A stretch of 64,000 bases of DNA, from positions 96,001-160,000 of the forward strand of contig JBPOGI010000007.1 of assembly GCA_051251855.1 (NCBI GenBank), read 5' to 3'. This document shows positions 9,539-19,543 of this stretch, piece after piece. The position numbers and the translations under genes were made by a program. The DNA is from Roseibacillus sp. Lineage in GTDB: Bacteria > Verrucomicrobiota > Verrucomicrobiia > Verrucomicrobiales > Akkermansiaceae. Every line of letters starts with the position of its first letter. Within the stretch, counting starts at the first letter, position 1. Below the pieces are notes generated by a model that was given only the letters and a program-made list of their open reading frames with translations, did not search any database and had not been told where the DNA came from.

Positions 9539-9611
9539 GTTGAGTAGAGAGCTACGAAGAAACTCAGGCGAGTTTTCCACTTTATCCTCCATCAACAAGA
9601 AAAAGGAACCT

Positions 9612-10370
9612 CTACTGACCCAGCTTGGCCACATAGACCGTGCTTCGGCTCTCGCAATCTTGAATAGGATTGTCAAAGGTCACAATGTGCGCTTCCGCAG
9701 TAGCAAAAACTTCCCGCAAGGCCGTTAGAAATGCCTCATCTGGGGCATCATCAGACCACAGCCCAAAGACGCCTCCCGCCTTCAACTTGTTGGCCATCTT
9801 TCTCAGACCCTCTGGCTCATAAAACGTGGCATGGCGTTCATGCAAAAGCTTGGTAGGAGAATGGTCAATATCGAGGAGCACAGCATCAAACCGCTTTTCG
9901 GCCTCACCCGGTGCAAAGTGCTCGGCACCCTCATCAGCTAGCGCGAGTTCAAAGAAATCTCCATGCACAAAATGGCAACGCTCGTCATCGCTCAGCTCTT
10001 TTCCGAGAGGAACCAAACCACGCTGATGCCAATCAATCACCGGCGCGAGGTAGTCAACCACGTAACAAGATTTCACCGCAGAATACGCAAGAGCAGCCTG
10101 CGCGGTAAAACCCAGTCCCAAGCCACCGACCACCACATCTAGAGAAGGCTCACCTTCTAAAGTATCCGAAACCGCAGCCAAACCTAAGTCCGACAACGCC
10201 TCCTCCACCACTGTGAAGAGACTCGACATTAAAAAAGCATCGCCCAGAACAACCTCGTGCACCTCAAGGTGGTCGAGCGACGGAACGGTGCGTCGACGAA
10301 GGCTCAACAAACCCAACGGAGTCTGCTGGCTATCGAGGTGCTCGAAGACCGGTGGGCGAAACTCAGGCAA
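9612..10370 (-). CDS. Spermidine synthase-like SAM-dependent transferase
   Basis: FLMSSLFT, VVVGGLGLGFTA (SAM motif), FDAVLLDIDHSP, GGVFGLWS. Confidence 0.8.
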   Translation of the reverse strand: MPEFRPPVFEHLDSQQTPLGLLSLRRRTVPSLDHLEVHEVVLGDAFLMSSLFTVVEEALSDLGLAAVSDTLEGEPSLDVVVGGLGLGFTAQAALAYSAVKSCYVVDYLAPVIDWHQRGLVPLGKELSDDERCHFVHGDFFELALADEGAEHFAPGEAEKRFDAVLLDIDHSPTKLLHERHATFYEPEGLRKMANKLKAGGVFGLWSDDAPDEAFLTALREVFATAEAHIVTFDNPIQDCESRSTVYVAKLGQ

Positions 10371-11766
10371 CGCTTTCCTCCCCTTCTGCTATTTCCATAT
10401 CACTCAAACGACGGAGGTGAACTTGGCCCACACGGCGCCCATCGGTACTCGTCACTTTGGCCTCGTAGCCTTCAATGCGGACCGTTTCACCCGGCTCAGG
10501 CATACGCCCCATTTGCTGAGTGATATAACCTCCAATGGTCGTTACCTCACTGGCATCGAGATCGAAATTCTCCAAAATGGTTTCCAACTCATTGACCCCA
10601 ATCGCCCCCTCCACCACAAATTCGTTCTCGTTCACCCGAGTATAGCCCGCTTCCTCGTTGTCGAACTCGTCCTGAATATCCCCCACCAATTCTTCCATGA
10701 TGTTATCCATGAAAATCAAACCCGCCGAGTCCCCATACTCATCGACCACCAAGGCGAGGTGCGCCTTCTCCTTCAGAAAGAACTCGAGCAACCCATCCAA
10801 AGGCATGGTCTCCGGAACCACCTTCAGCTCCCGCTTGATCTTCAGCAAATCTGGGGACTCGTCGCGAACCAACTTGAGAATATCTTTGATGTGAATCAAT
10901 CCCACCGTGTTATCAAAGTGACCTCTCACCAGCGGAAATCGGGTATGCTTGGTGCGCACCGCAATCGCGAGGTTGTCCTCGAAAGACTTTTCTAGGTCCA
11001 AGGCCACCGCTTCACTACGAGGGAGCATCACCTCTTTCACACTGAGGTCATTCAACTCCAGAGCGTTGATGAGGATCTGTTTTTCGGTCTTGGTCACCTC
11101 CTCGGACTCACCACTTTCATGCACCAGCAGAGCGAGTTCCTCAGAACTATGCACTTCACTCTCATCGGCAGGGTCGAGGCGGAAAATCCACTTAAGCAGC
11201 TTGTTAGAAGTTCCCTGTAAGAAATAGATGGCAAACCACGAAACGGTGTAAAACCAACTCAAAGGTTTCGCCAAAACGAGGGTCGACTCCAAAGGCTTTC
11301 GAATCGCCACCGACTTGGGAAGAAGCTCACCAACCACCACGTGAAGGAAGGTGAAGGAAACCAGCGCCACGATGAAGGAGGTAATTCCAATCAAGTGGAC
11401 AGGAAACCAAGAAATATTCCCCAAGGTCGGGGCCACAAGACTGGCTACAAACGGTTCCGCAACAAATCCCAAAGAAAGCGACGCCAACGTAATGCCCAAC
11501 TGATTCGCGGAAAGATAGCCATCGAGATTACCGACCACCTTCTCTGCGGTAGCATAGGCTTTCCCTTTCAACTTACCTGCCGCTTCAACCTGACTAGGCC
11601 GAACTTTAACGATCGCAAATTCCGAAGCGACAAAGAAGGCATTCGCCAACAAGAGGAGGATACTTAAAAAAATGGACCACAGAGCCTCAGGAATAGTGGG
11701 ATAATGATCCGACACCTCCATTGACGCCGAAGCGAGGACTAATCCTAAATCGTAAATCCCACTCAC
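10363..11766 (-). CDS. Hemolysin/CNNM family transporter (DUF21, CBS pair, CorC_HlyC domain)
   Basis: NAFFVASEFAIV, QLGITLASL, GELLPKS, HTRFPLV, VVDEYG, EELVGDIQDEFD, TTIGGY. Confidence 0.92.
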   Translation of the reverse strand: MSGIYDLGLVLASASMEVSDHYPTIPEALWSIFLSILLLLANAFFVASEFAIVKVRPSQVEAAGKLKGKAYATAEKVVGNLDGYLSANQLGITLASLSLGFVAEPFVASLVAPTLGNISWFPVHLIGITSFIVALVSFTFLHVVVGELLPKSVAIRKPLESTLVLAKPLSWFYTVSWFAIYFLQGTSNKLLKWIFRLDPADESEVHSSEELALLVHESGESEEVTKTEKQILINALELNDLSVKEVMLPRSEAVALDLEKSFEDNLAIAVRTKHTRFPLVRGHFDNTVGLIHIKDILKLVRDESPDLLKIKRELKVVPETMPLDGLLEFFLKEKAHLALVVDEYGDSAGLIFMDNIMEELVGDIQDEFDNEEAGYTRVNENEFVVEGAIGVNELETILENFDLDASEVTTIGGYITQQMGRMPEPGETVRIEGYEAKVTSTDGRRVGQVHLRRLSDMEIAEGEESVA

Positions 11767-12023
11767 AGCTTCTCAAACACCCCTTCGTCGCGCTTCTGCA
11801 GCACAGTGAAGCCAGCCTTCTTGGCATCGACGGGAGAAAACGGCTTGATGATGGTCGGCGAATTGACACGACTAATCACCTTACGGACAGGATTCTTGCA
11901 GGAGAGGCAAAACTCGAGCGGGGGCCGATCAACAGGTCTCCGCAACTCAAACCCTTTCGAACAGATGCGACAACTTCGCTCCGGATTATCCGGTTCTTCA
12001 GAAAGGTATTCGTAAATAGGCAT
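11763..12023 (-). CDS. FmdB family zinc-ribbon protein
   Basis: MPIYEY start, CxxC (CRIC) and CxxC (CLSC) pairs, ...RKVIS. Confidence 0.85.
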   Translation of the reverse strand: MPIYEYLSEEPDNPERSCRICSKGFELRRPVDRPPLEFCLSCKNPVRKVISRVNSPTIIKPFSPVDAKKAGFTVLQKRDEGVFEKL

Positions 12024-12085
12024 TCGGGGGCGGAAGGGGCGGGTTGTTTACGACCCCCTTCCCTAAATCTCGACGGAGATTACCA

Positions 12086-12355
12086 CTACCAGCTCGACTT
12101 TGTCACGCCGGGAATCATCCCTGCGGAAGCAAACTCGCGGAAGGTAATCCGAGACATTTTGAAGCGACGCAAATAGGCGCGGCGACGTCCGGTAATCACA
12201 CAACGATTCACAAGACGAGTCGGACTCGCATCGCGAGGAAGCATAGAAAGACCAATGTAGTCTTTCTCCTTCTTCAGTTGGTGACGGAGATCAGCATAGC
12301 GGGCGACAGTCTTCGCCTTGCGTTCGTTTCTAGCTTTCCAGCATTTTCTTGCCAT
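12086..12355 (-). CDS. rpsN: 30S ribosomal protein S14, 89-aa zinc-independent type
   Basis: [43 protein letters not shown]. Confidence 0.97.
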   Translation of the reverse strand: MARKCWKARNERKAKTVARYADLRHQLKKEKDYIGLSMLPRDASPTRLVNRCVITGRRRAYLRRFKMSRITFREFASAGMIPGVTKSSW

Positions 12356-12488
12356 GGGGGCGGAGGGAATAAGCTTTTCAGCGAGGTTTTCAAGAGGTTT
12401 TTACGAAGATCGTGCGGTTTTTTTCCCGAAAATATCCTCAAGCCCTCTCAACAACATCAAAATCATCCCGAAAAGCGCACTCTACTCC

Positions 12489-12857
12489 CTATTTTTTGAG
12501 TCGAATACGAATGGGACCTTTCGCCGTGGATGCATCCACCACCTTGCTTTTTTGAAGAATCTCAGCCTTCCCAGCCGCCACCAATCGGCGTGCCGCCATC
12601 CGGACCGCCTCCATTTGACCTCTCCACTCATCCTCACCGTATCGCAGTCGGGCCAATTCGCTGGGACAGATCGTTTTCGAGGTCCCACGCTCTCGCAAAA
12701 ACCGCACAAGTTCTTCTTCTAATACTCGATCCTCTTCCGTCAGCCCCCTCTTTCGGCAAGCTCCCGAGCAATACTTCACCTCCTCCCAGCAATCGGCCCA
12801 AGCCTTCCGCCACTCCATTCGACGGCCACAAAGCTGGCAGCACTTTTTCTCGAGCAC
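12489..12857 (-). CDS. DUF2256-DUF3253 fusion protein
   Basis: C..CGR..EWRKAW...WEEVKYCS..CR followed by TICPSE.AR...WR...VR.AA..L...Q....VD.....GPIRIR. GTG start inferred. Confidence 0.75.
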   Translation of the reverse strand: MLEKKCCQLCGRRMEWRKAWADCWEEVKYCSGACRKRGLTEEDRVLEEELVRFLRERGTSKTICPSELARLRYGEDEWRGQMEAVRMAARRLVAAGKAEILQKSKVVDASTAKGPIRIRLKK

Positions 12858-12942
12858 CAAGAAAGATGGCCCCTGCCAACTATTTCGCAAGTCAGCTCGC
12901 ACTTGGCTTGAAAAAATAGCACCAATAACAAACGCTCCCAGC

Positions 12943-13362
12943 ATGTCTGAAAGCTACCCTTGCTCACCCCGTGTCGAAATTGATGGTCTCCCCTATTTTC
13001 AACGCATGGTCGAAAAAATCCGCCTCCACGCCGCCGGAGACCTACATCCCGAGCTCCATGATAACCTTGGCCATGGCATGGACCTCTGGATTTGCCAATT
13101 TCTCGGAGTGAATTATTCGGATCTCAAAGAAGTGGTCCTTTCTGGTGCCTCCGACCAAGAAGCACTCGCTCACGCAAAGGCAAACGGCACCCAGCGCGCT
13201 GACTACGAACTCGCGTGGTTTCGCTCCTATATCCTTAACCGAGGATTCCGCGATGATTTCGCTGAAAAGCTCACCTCGCGTATCGAAGAATCGGGCTTTC
13301 AAGACAAGAAGGGCATTCTTTCCTTCTGCGACTACATCGATGCCGACGAGGGACGTCTCTAG
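12943..13362 (+). CDS. DUF5069 domain protein
   Basis: SPRVEIDGLPYFQRMVEKIRL...FLGV.Y...FCDYIDADEGR. Confidence 0.75.
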   Translation: MSESYPCSPRVEIDGLPYFQRMVEKIRLHAAGDLHPELHDNLGHGMDLWICQFLGVNYSDLKEVVLSGASDQEALAHAKANGTQRADYELAWFRSYILNRGFRDDFAEKLTSRIEESGFQDKKGILSFCDYIDADEGRL

Positions 13363-13461
13363 CGCAAAAACTCAGGACTACCTTTCTTTCAGGTTTCGTG
13401 TTATTTTTAAGTCCGAGCGATGCGTCTTCCGCATCGACTTGCAGACTCCCCCTTCCTCCCG

Positions 13462-14853
13462 ATGCTTCTCGCCGATGCTCCCGAAACCGTCACCCCGCCG
13501 CCGACGTGGCAGGCGCCGTGGCTGCGGGCCCTCTTCTGGCTCTTCATGCTTTCCTTCGCTTTCGACTACAAAGCCGAAGTCCCCTCCTCCATTTCTTCCC
13601 TCGTTCAATTCGGATTTCTTGGCCTTGCCGCTTCAGTCACCGCATTGATGATGCTCATCGGACTTCCCTTTCTTTTGGTTCGCCCTGGTGGCTGGCTGCT
13701 GGCTATTTGGGGAGTCTTTCTCACATACATGGTTGGTAATGCTCTGATGCAAGGAGTGCCCCCCGGACGCTTCATGCGAACAGGTCTCCCCTTCTTCCTT
13801 TCCTTCGCCGCCATGCTCAATGCCCACGTAGCTGCTGGCTCGGGGGTGCGCCTTGCCCATCTTGCCACTCCTATTTTTATCACTGCGATCATCAATATTG
13901 TTTGGCGAATCGTCTACGGACTCTTGTTCACCTCCTCCACGCTGGAAACCGCCCGCGCTGAAATCCTCAGTCCTGCCCTCAGTTGGTCAGCAGCCTTTAT
14001 TGGATGCTCTATTCTTCTCCGCAGCAAATTTCATTGGACGATGCTCCTTGCCGCGGCCGCCCTCTTCACCGCGATGCTACTTTCCATCACCCGATCGCTC
14101 CTATTCCCCATGGCCGCCTCGGCCTTCGCTTGCTCTCTCTTTTTCGCCTTCGGCCTTCGTTGGGGAGCGTTTCAAATTCAGGACTTATTCAAACGGGTCT
14201 GGCCCATTTTCATCGCTGGTGGCGCCGCCCTTCTTCTTGTTGCCGGACTCTTCCTCGCCTTCCCTCATACTCTCGACCGCTGGCAGGAGAGACTTTTCAG
14301 TCCGACCTCGGACCGGAACATGGCCTCCGACCCCTCCCTACTTACTCGCCAGGCCGAAGCCAAGGCCATTTTCGACATCCTCGATCGCGACCCTCTTCGC
14401 TACGTCAATGGCATGGGAGTGGGCGCTTCTTTCTACTGGGATCACGACTACTTTCCGGAACTATACCAAGTCTATGATCCCGACGAGCTTGAAGAAATGT
14501 CTTCGGATATTTGGTATGCGGGACACTCAATTTGGACTTACTCTCTTTTCTCAGGAGGGTTCATTGCCCTCACCGCCTTCATTGGATTGTTCGTTGGCAC
14601 CATTGCCTTTAGTATTTCCAGCGCAGCAGCCAACGCCAGCTCCCCAGGACCAGACTATTGGCTACTCTTTTTACCAGCAGTAGCCTCCATCTGTATCCTT
14701 TCGGAATCAGCGACCTCCAACCCCTTCGATGAGCGCCTACTCGGCATGATCTTTGGCGCGACCTTCAGCTTTTCCCAAGCAGGATTTGTGCGCGCTCACC
14801 AGCTACGCAACGCCGGCTCTAACACGACGAAACCGCGAGCCCCTATTCTTTAA
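13462..14853 (+). CDS. O-antigen ligase/Wzy-like polytopic membrane protein
   Basis: About 11 hydrophobic helices, SITRS, S...R..E, G.G.G and H motif in a periplasmic loop. Start could be 13420. Confidence 0.6.
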   Translation: MLLADAPETVTPPPTWQAPWLRALFWLFMLSFAFDYKAEVPSSISSLVQFGFLGLAASVTALMMLIGLPFLLVRPGGWLLAIWGVFLTYMVGNALMQGVPPGRFMRTGLPFFLSFAAMLNAHVAAGSGVRLAHLATPIFITAIINIVWRIVYGLLFTSSTLETARAEILSPALSWSAAFIGCSILLRSKFHWTMLLAAAALFTAMLLSITRSLLFPMAASAFACSLFFAFGLRWGAFQIQDLFKRVWPIFIAGGAALLLVAGLFLAFPHTLDRWQERLFSPTSDRNMASDPSLLTRQAEAKAIFDILDRDPLRYVNGMGVGASFYWDHDYFPELYQVYDPDELEEMSSDIWYAGHSIWTYSLFSGGFIALTAFIGLFVGTIAFSISSAAANASSPGPDYWLLFLPAVASICILSESATSNPFDERLLGMIFGATFSFSQAGFVRAHQLRNAGSNTTKPRAPIL

Positions 14854-14892
14854 GGGAGGACTCGAGCGTAGCGTTCTGGAAACAGAATTTCG

Positions 14893-16290
14893 CTAAATCC
14901 GCTCGATAGCGACGAGCGTAATATCGTCGATTTGCGGAGAACCATCAGCAAAGTCATTTAACTCCTTGGGGAGCTCAGTGACGACTCCTTCGGCTCCATC
15001 GAGAGCTAACTTGGCAAAGCGCTCTAACAAGCGCTCTTTACCAAACTCCTGCCCCTTGCCATTTTCCGCCTCATTGACTCCATCGGTGTAGAAGAGAATG
15101 ACGTCACCCGACTCCAACTTCACCACCATCTCTTTGAGAACACGCTCAAAAACAGGCCCCTTGTCAATCCCGAGCGCCAAGCCGCCGGGTTTCAATTTCT
15201 CGACCTGACCCGTGCTCTTCCGAAAAAGAAGAGGAGCATCATGACCCGCACGTGCCAAGGTCACTTTCCCACTCCCGTTTTCTAACACCGCATAGGCCGC
15301 GCTCACGAACATGTCCTCCCGCATATCGATAAAGACCTGCGCATTGAGAGCCTTCAACGTTTCCGCCGGCCCCTCTGCGACAACTGCGTGCGCACGCAGC
15401 GCACTGCGACAACTCGCCATCACCAAGCCTGCAGCGACACCTTTACCCGAGACATCAGCGATGACCACCCCGTGCCTTTCTTCCGGCAAATTCACGAAGT
15501 CAAAATAGTCCCCACTAATCAAGCGAGCAGCAGAATTGGTTCCCCTCACCCGGTAACCCGGCCAGTCTGGAGTTTTGCTTGGTAAGAGAATTTTCTGAAC
15601 TTCTTGAGCCGTCCGGAGCTCATCATCCATCCGCCGCTTCTCTTGCACCTCTTTGTGCAAAAGAGCATTCCCAAGCCCAAAGGCCGATTGCTCCGCCGCG
15701 GACCGAAAGACATCCCAATCATTGTTCGAAAAGCTCCCTTCCTTTCGCACCGCAGACAGCACCGCAAATACCTTTCCCGCATGAGAGAGTGGCACCCCAA
15801 AAAAGTGACTTACCCCTTCAGGCATTTCTCGCCCTCCCTGACTCCATCGCACTCCTGATGGATGTTCCGCCACATAGCTCAAGAACTCGCCTTCACGCTT
15901 TACTCGGCCCAATCGAAGCCATTTTCTGATCTCGGCATCCCCTTCCGACTTCATCTCCTTCGGCACCGTGATCAAGGCCGGACATCGTTTCGAAAGATGC
16001 CCTGGAGACAACTCATCGCCATCAAGTAAATATAGAGCTACTCCATCTGCAGCGACCACCTCCTCAATCCCTTCGACAATGGTCTTGTAGAGATGAGCCA
16101 GCGAGCGCTCTTGCTCGATTGACTCTCCCAAATGATGAAGAAAATCGAACATGCGGTGCTCTTCGGCATCAAGGGCCGCCAACTCACTTTCTCGAATACG
16201 GAGACGCTTCCTAACAGCTAGAAAGCGCCAGCCCAAGATGAAGGCTACAGCTAACAGACCAAAAATTATCCACCACTCCTTCTCGGTCAT
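14893..16290 (-). CDS. GAF-domain PP2C/SpoIIE (RsbU-like) phosphatase with N-terminal TM
   Basis: ISGDYFD, IADVSGKGVAAGL, ARAGH, FYTDGVNEA, DDITLV. Confidence 0.92.
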   Translation of the reverse strand: MTEKEWWIIFGLLAVAFILGWRFLAVRKRLRIRESELAALDAEEHRMFDFLHHLGESIEQERSLAHLYKTIVEGIEEVVAADGVALYLLDGDELSPGHLSKRCPALITVPKEMKSEGDAEIRKWLRLGRVKREGEFLSYVAEHPSGVRWSQGGREMPEGVSHFFGVPLSHAGKVFAVLSAVRKEGSFSNNDWDVFRSAAEQSAFGLGNALLHKEVQEKRRMDDELRTAQEVQKILLPSKTPDWPGYRVRGTNSAARLISGDYFDFVNLPEERHGVVIADVSGKGVAAGLVMASCRSALRAHAVVAEGPAETLKALNAQVFIDMREDMFVSAAYAVLENGSGKVTLARAGHDAPLLFRKSTGQVEKLKPGGLALGIDKGPVFERVLKEMVVKLESGDVILFYTDGVNEAENGKGQEFGKERLLERFAKLALDGAEGVVTELPKELNDFADGSPQIDDITLVAIERI

Positions 16291-16309
16291 CGCAAAGGGG
16301 GCTTTTCAG

Positions 16310-16837
16310 CTAACCTGCTTTCGTCGCAGAACATTCTTTTTCTAACACTTCCAAAACCCCCTCAAACTTTTTGTTGTTGCGATCATCCACTTCACACAAC
16401 TTACGGTGGGCTTCCAAAACTTCTTCAGCTGCTGCTGCTCCATTCGATTTCCCATCCCAATCGGTCAACCCATCACGGACGTCGTCAATCTGCTCACTCC
16501 AAGAGGAGGTGCCGTCTTCTTCCTCCATCTCCAAAATTGCATCCAACCCCAAATCAACCAGCGAGTCGCGATTTCTCTCCGAAAGCCCCACCACCAAAAG
16601 TCGTCCCTCGCGCTCCATCAGGCGCCCAGCCAATCCCGCCAAAGTACCCATGAAGGTTGAATCCATCGCTGGGCAGGTTAGCAAATCAACCACCACCTCT
16701 TTGCAGTCCTTCAACTCAAGGCAAACTTCCACGTAATGTTTCAGGCGGGGGCTACTCATAAAGTTTCCCTTGCCCTGAACTCGGACCCATTTGGAGTCCT
16801 CAACCTCACCAACCGCTATGGAGTCTGTTTTTGTCAC
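16310..16837 (-). CDS. STAS-domain anti-sigma-factor antagonist
   Basis: VVVDLLTCPAMDSTFMGTL (phosphorylatable Ser motif), LVDLGLD. GTG start inferred. Confidence 0.85.
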   Translation of the reverse strand: MTKTDSIAVGEVEDSKWVRVQGKGNFMSSPRLKHYVEVCLELKDCKEVVVDLLTCPAMDSTFMGTLAGLAGRLMEREGRLLVVGLSERNRDSLVDLGLDAILEMEEEDGTSSWSEQIDDVRDGLTDWDGKSNGAAAAEEVLEAHRKLCEVDDRNNKKFEGVLEVLEKECSATKAG

Positions 16838-16876
16838 TCGAATCAATGTCTTCGACACCGGAGAACCAACTTCCGA

Positions 16877-16905
16877 AAGATAACTAACCTTTGTCCAATC
16901 GTCAA
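16877..16905 (-). promoter_or_regulatory. Sigma70-type promoter for the STAS-PP2C operon
   Basis: Minus strand TTGACG-N17-TATCTT. Confidence 0.5.
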
Positions 16906-17026
16906 TGAAACCCGAACCGACGGACATTCTTTTTCCCGAAAGGACTCTTGGAACACCTTGCGCTGTCATCTCAGAGAATGGGACGCTCAAACACGAAAGT
17001 TTATTCGTGCAGGCTCCGCGCGCACC

Positions 17027-17479
17027 CTACTCCCAGAGAAATGACTTCTTTTCCGCCAAGTCTTGGCCGTTCTGGGAGAGTAACATACGCCATGCCAGCA
17101 CCCGCCCGCCCTTAAGATAGGTATCCCCCGCGATCGAGAACTCGACGACACCGGTTCCCTTGGTTGCCGCCACCGTCTGCACCAACTCGTGCACGCGACT
17201 CCCCGTCGAGGCCTGCCGATACTGAAAACGCACCTTTGCTGGCCCCCCAGCCGGATTCGCCCGCCAGCGAACCGAGTAATACTGCCCCTTTCGCTTTTCG
17301 CGGTCGATCTGCTCAACAGCACCATAGAGACGCTTCTGCGACTCACCCCGAACAAGTAAATCATCGCTCCAACTAGGATTGACATCCTTCACCGTGAACT
17401 GCTTTACCACCAAAGGCTCACGTGGACCACAACTCGCCAAAACCAATGCCAAGAATCCCAGCATCACAATCACTCTCAT
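17027..17479 (-). CDS. Hypothetical lipoprotein
   Basis: MRVIVMLGFLALVLASC lipobox; LYGAV, GQYYSVRW, GGRVLAWR. Confidence 0.7.
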   Translation of the reverse strand: MRVIVMLGFLALVLASCGPREPLVVKQFTVKDVNPSWSDDLLVRGESQKRLYGAVEQIDREKRKGQYYSVRWRANPAGGPAKVRFQYRQASTGSRVHELVQTVAATKGTGVVEFSIAGDTYLKGGRVLAWRMLLSQNGQDLAEKKSFLWE

Positions 17480-17534
17480 GGCGCAATCTTTCTTCCCAAT
17501 TGCCATTTCCTCAATTACTGATTGGGGCATCACC

Positions 17535-18038
17535 ATGATGCCTCCTGCCATCCGCGAAAAACTCGACGCGTTCATTCGCGCCAAAGGTCTCCGTCAGACC
17601 GCGCAGCGTGACGCCATCGTGGAGCTTATTTTCGCCTCCGACGAGCACTTCACCGCCGAGGAACTTTTCGAGCGCTTTCGCAAACAAGGCTCTTCCGCCT
17701 CCCGAGCCACCCTCTATCGCACCCTTTCACTTCTCACCGAAGCCGACCTGCTTCACGAGATCGACTTGGGAGACGGCCAAACGACTTACGACCCCAACTT
17801 TCTCGACCGGCCCACCCACAACCACCTCGTTTGCATCGATTGCGGGAAAGTACTCGAGTTCGAAGACGATCACCTCGAAGTCCTCAACGATTGCCTCACC
17901 CGCCGTCTCGGTTTCCGCCCCGTCAAACAATCCCTCCGTATCGAAGCTTCCTGCGACCAGCTCCGAGCCAAGGGCCAATGCCCCAACCTCATCCAAGCAC
18001 GCCTCGAAGGCAAACGACTCCCCAATCGTAAAAAGTGA
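17535..18038 (+). CDS. Fur family transcriptional regulator
   Basis: GLRQTAQR, HFTAEEL, SRATLYRTL, HNHLVCIDCGKVLEF. Confidence 0.92.
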   Translation: MMPPAIREKLDAFIRAKGLRQTAQRDAIVELIFASDEHFTAEELFERFRKQGSSASRATLYRTLSLLTEADLLHEIDLGDGQTTYDPNFLDRPTHNHLVCIDCGKVLEFEDDHLEVLNDCLTRRLGFRPVKQSLRIEASCDQLRAKGQCPNLIQARLEGKRLPNRKK

Positions 18039-18171
18039 AAGCCCGTCATTTTGAAGTGCTGAAGCTTGCTTCCACTCTCATCGTCGTCACTTCATCCACA
18101 ACACGCAGAAAAGGAGCCCCTTGCGGCTCCAAACTTTCGGCCTTCCTCACTCTACTGCCCGCTCTTCTTCC

Positions 18172-18291
18172 TTAGTCGAGCAAGTAAGCTTTGCCCTTCT
18201 CGTGCACAGCCATCAACTCATACTTCTTCCCCAAAGCGGCAGCAAGCGGCACGCACTCCAAAACATCTCCCCTCGCAATCCCTAAAAGTGA
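18172..18291 (-). pseudogene. Possible remnant of a four-helix-bundle (23S rRNA IVP-like) gene
   Basis: A start-less minus-strand frame reads LLGIARGDVLECVPL..., reminiscent of the IARGSxxE motif. Short match judged by eye. Confidence 0.2.
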
Positions 18292-18315
18292 GGCTTAGAG
18301 TCCGTCGCAAGCTCC

Positions 18316-19533
18316 ATGCGTCGTCATCTTCCACTCATCCTTGTCCTCGCCGTTTTCGCAATCGGTCTCGGCTTCATTCTGACCAACAGAAAGCAGCCCC
18401 TAGCCCCACCGGAACCTACCCCGCCACCTGTCCTCTCCACCGGACCCGCCCTCTCGAATCTGGCTACCGCCCCTGATTGGGCCGAAATCGAAGCGTTCCA
18501 CGACACCCTCACCCGCGAGCTATTTCAGACCAGCCTCACCAAAGTTTCAGCCCTTCCCGACTCTTGGCAGTCCACTATTACCATCGAAGAGGATTCCGCT
18601 TGGGTACGCCATCATGGGGGCCCCGATTCAGGAGAATCAAAAATCACCTTTGCCACCGAACTTTCCCCACTCGCGCCTCTCCCTCCCCTCAACCAACTCC
18701 ACATCGCCATCGACCCCGGACACATCGGCGGCGAATTCGCCCTTCTCGAACAACGTAACTTCCAACCTTTCGAAGACGACCCTGACCAAATCCCCGTCCG
18801 CGAAGGCGAGCTCACCCTTGCCACAGCCAAACATCTCAAACCCTTACTCGAAAAACTCGGAGCCAAAGTGACCCTTGTTCGCGAGACAAACGCCCCCGTC
18901 ACTAACCAACGCCCGGAAGACTTTCTCCCCGACTTCCCCGATCGGCTCACCGCCGAAAAAGTCTTCTACCGTACCGCCGAAATCCGCGCCCGAGCCGACC
19001 TCGTAAATAACCTTATCCAACCCGACCTCGTCCTCTGCCTTCACTACAACGCCGACGGTTGGGCCGATCCAGAAAACCCATGGGCCAGCCGCAACCACTT
19101 TCATCTCCTCATGCATGGCGCCTACATGCCAGGCGAAGTCGCCCTCGACGACCAACGCTTCGAAATGCTTCGTCACCTCTACACCCAATCTACCCAACGC
19201 GCTCTCCCCCTCGCCAAAATCATCTCCGACGTCTTCCTTCGCGAGACTGACCTCGTCCCCTATCACTATATTTCTACAGCCCCTGCACTGCGCGTCGATC
19301 CCACCCGTCCCATCTACGCTCGTAACCTCCTCGCCAATCGCCTCTATCAAGCCCCCACTATCTTCCTTGAACCCTACGTCATGAACCATCGCGACACCTA
19401 TGACCGCGTGCAACTCGGCGACTACTCCGGCTTCCGAGAGTTCAAAGGCCAAAACCGCCGTTCCCTAGTGCAAGAATACGCCCACACCCTCGCCTCCGGC
19501 ATCGCCGAGTACTTCCTCAACCCAACTCCCTAA
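18316..19533 (+). CDS. N-acetylmuramoyl-L-alanine amidase-like protein with N-terminal anchor
   Basis: IAIDPGHIGG, EGELTL, LGAKVTLVR, RADLVN, LCLHYNA, IFLEPY (Amidase_3-type zinc ligands). Confidence 0.8.
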   Translation: MRRHLPLILVLAVFAIGLGFILTNRKQPLAPPEPTPPPVLSTGPALSNLATAPDWAEIEAFHDTLTRELFQTSLTKVSALPDSWQSTITIEEDSAWVRHHGGPDSGESKITFATELSPLAPLPPLNQLHIAIDPGHIGGEFALLEQRNFQPFEDDPDQIPVREGELTLATAKHLKPLLEKLGAKVTLVRETNAPVTNQRPEDFLPDFPDRLTAEKVFYRTAEIRARADLVNNLIQPDLVLCLHYNADGWADPENPWASRNHFHLLMHGAYMPGEVALDDQRFEMLRHLYTQSTQRALPLAKIISDVFLRETDLVPYHYISTAPALRVDPTRPIYARNLLANRLYQAPTIFLEPYVMNHRDTYDRVQLGDYSGFREFKGQNRRSLVQEYAHTLASGIAEYFLNPTP

Positions 19534-19543
19534 CAGCTCTTTC

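Noticed and set aside
18112..18130. GGAGCC-N7-GGCTCC hairpin as a riboswitch or ncRNA
   Set aside because: A simple short hairpin, at most a weak terminator; no recognisable aptamer motifs.
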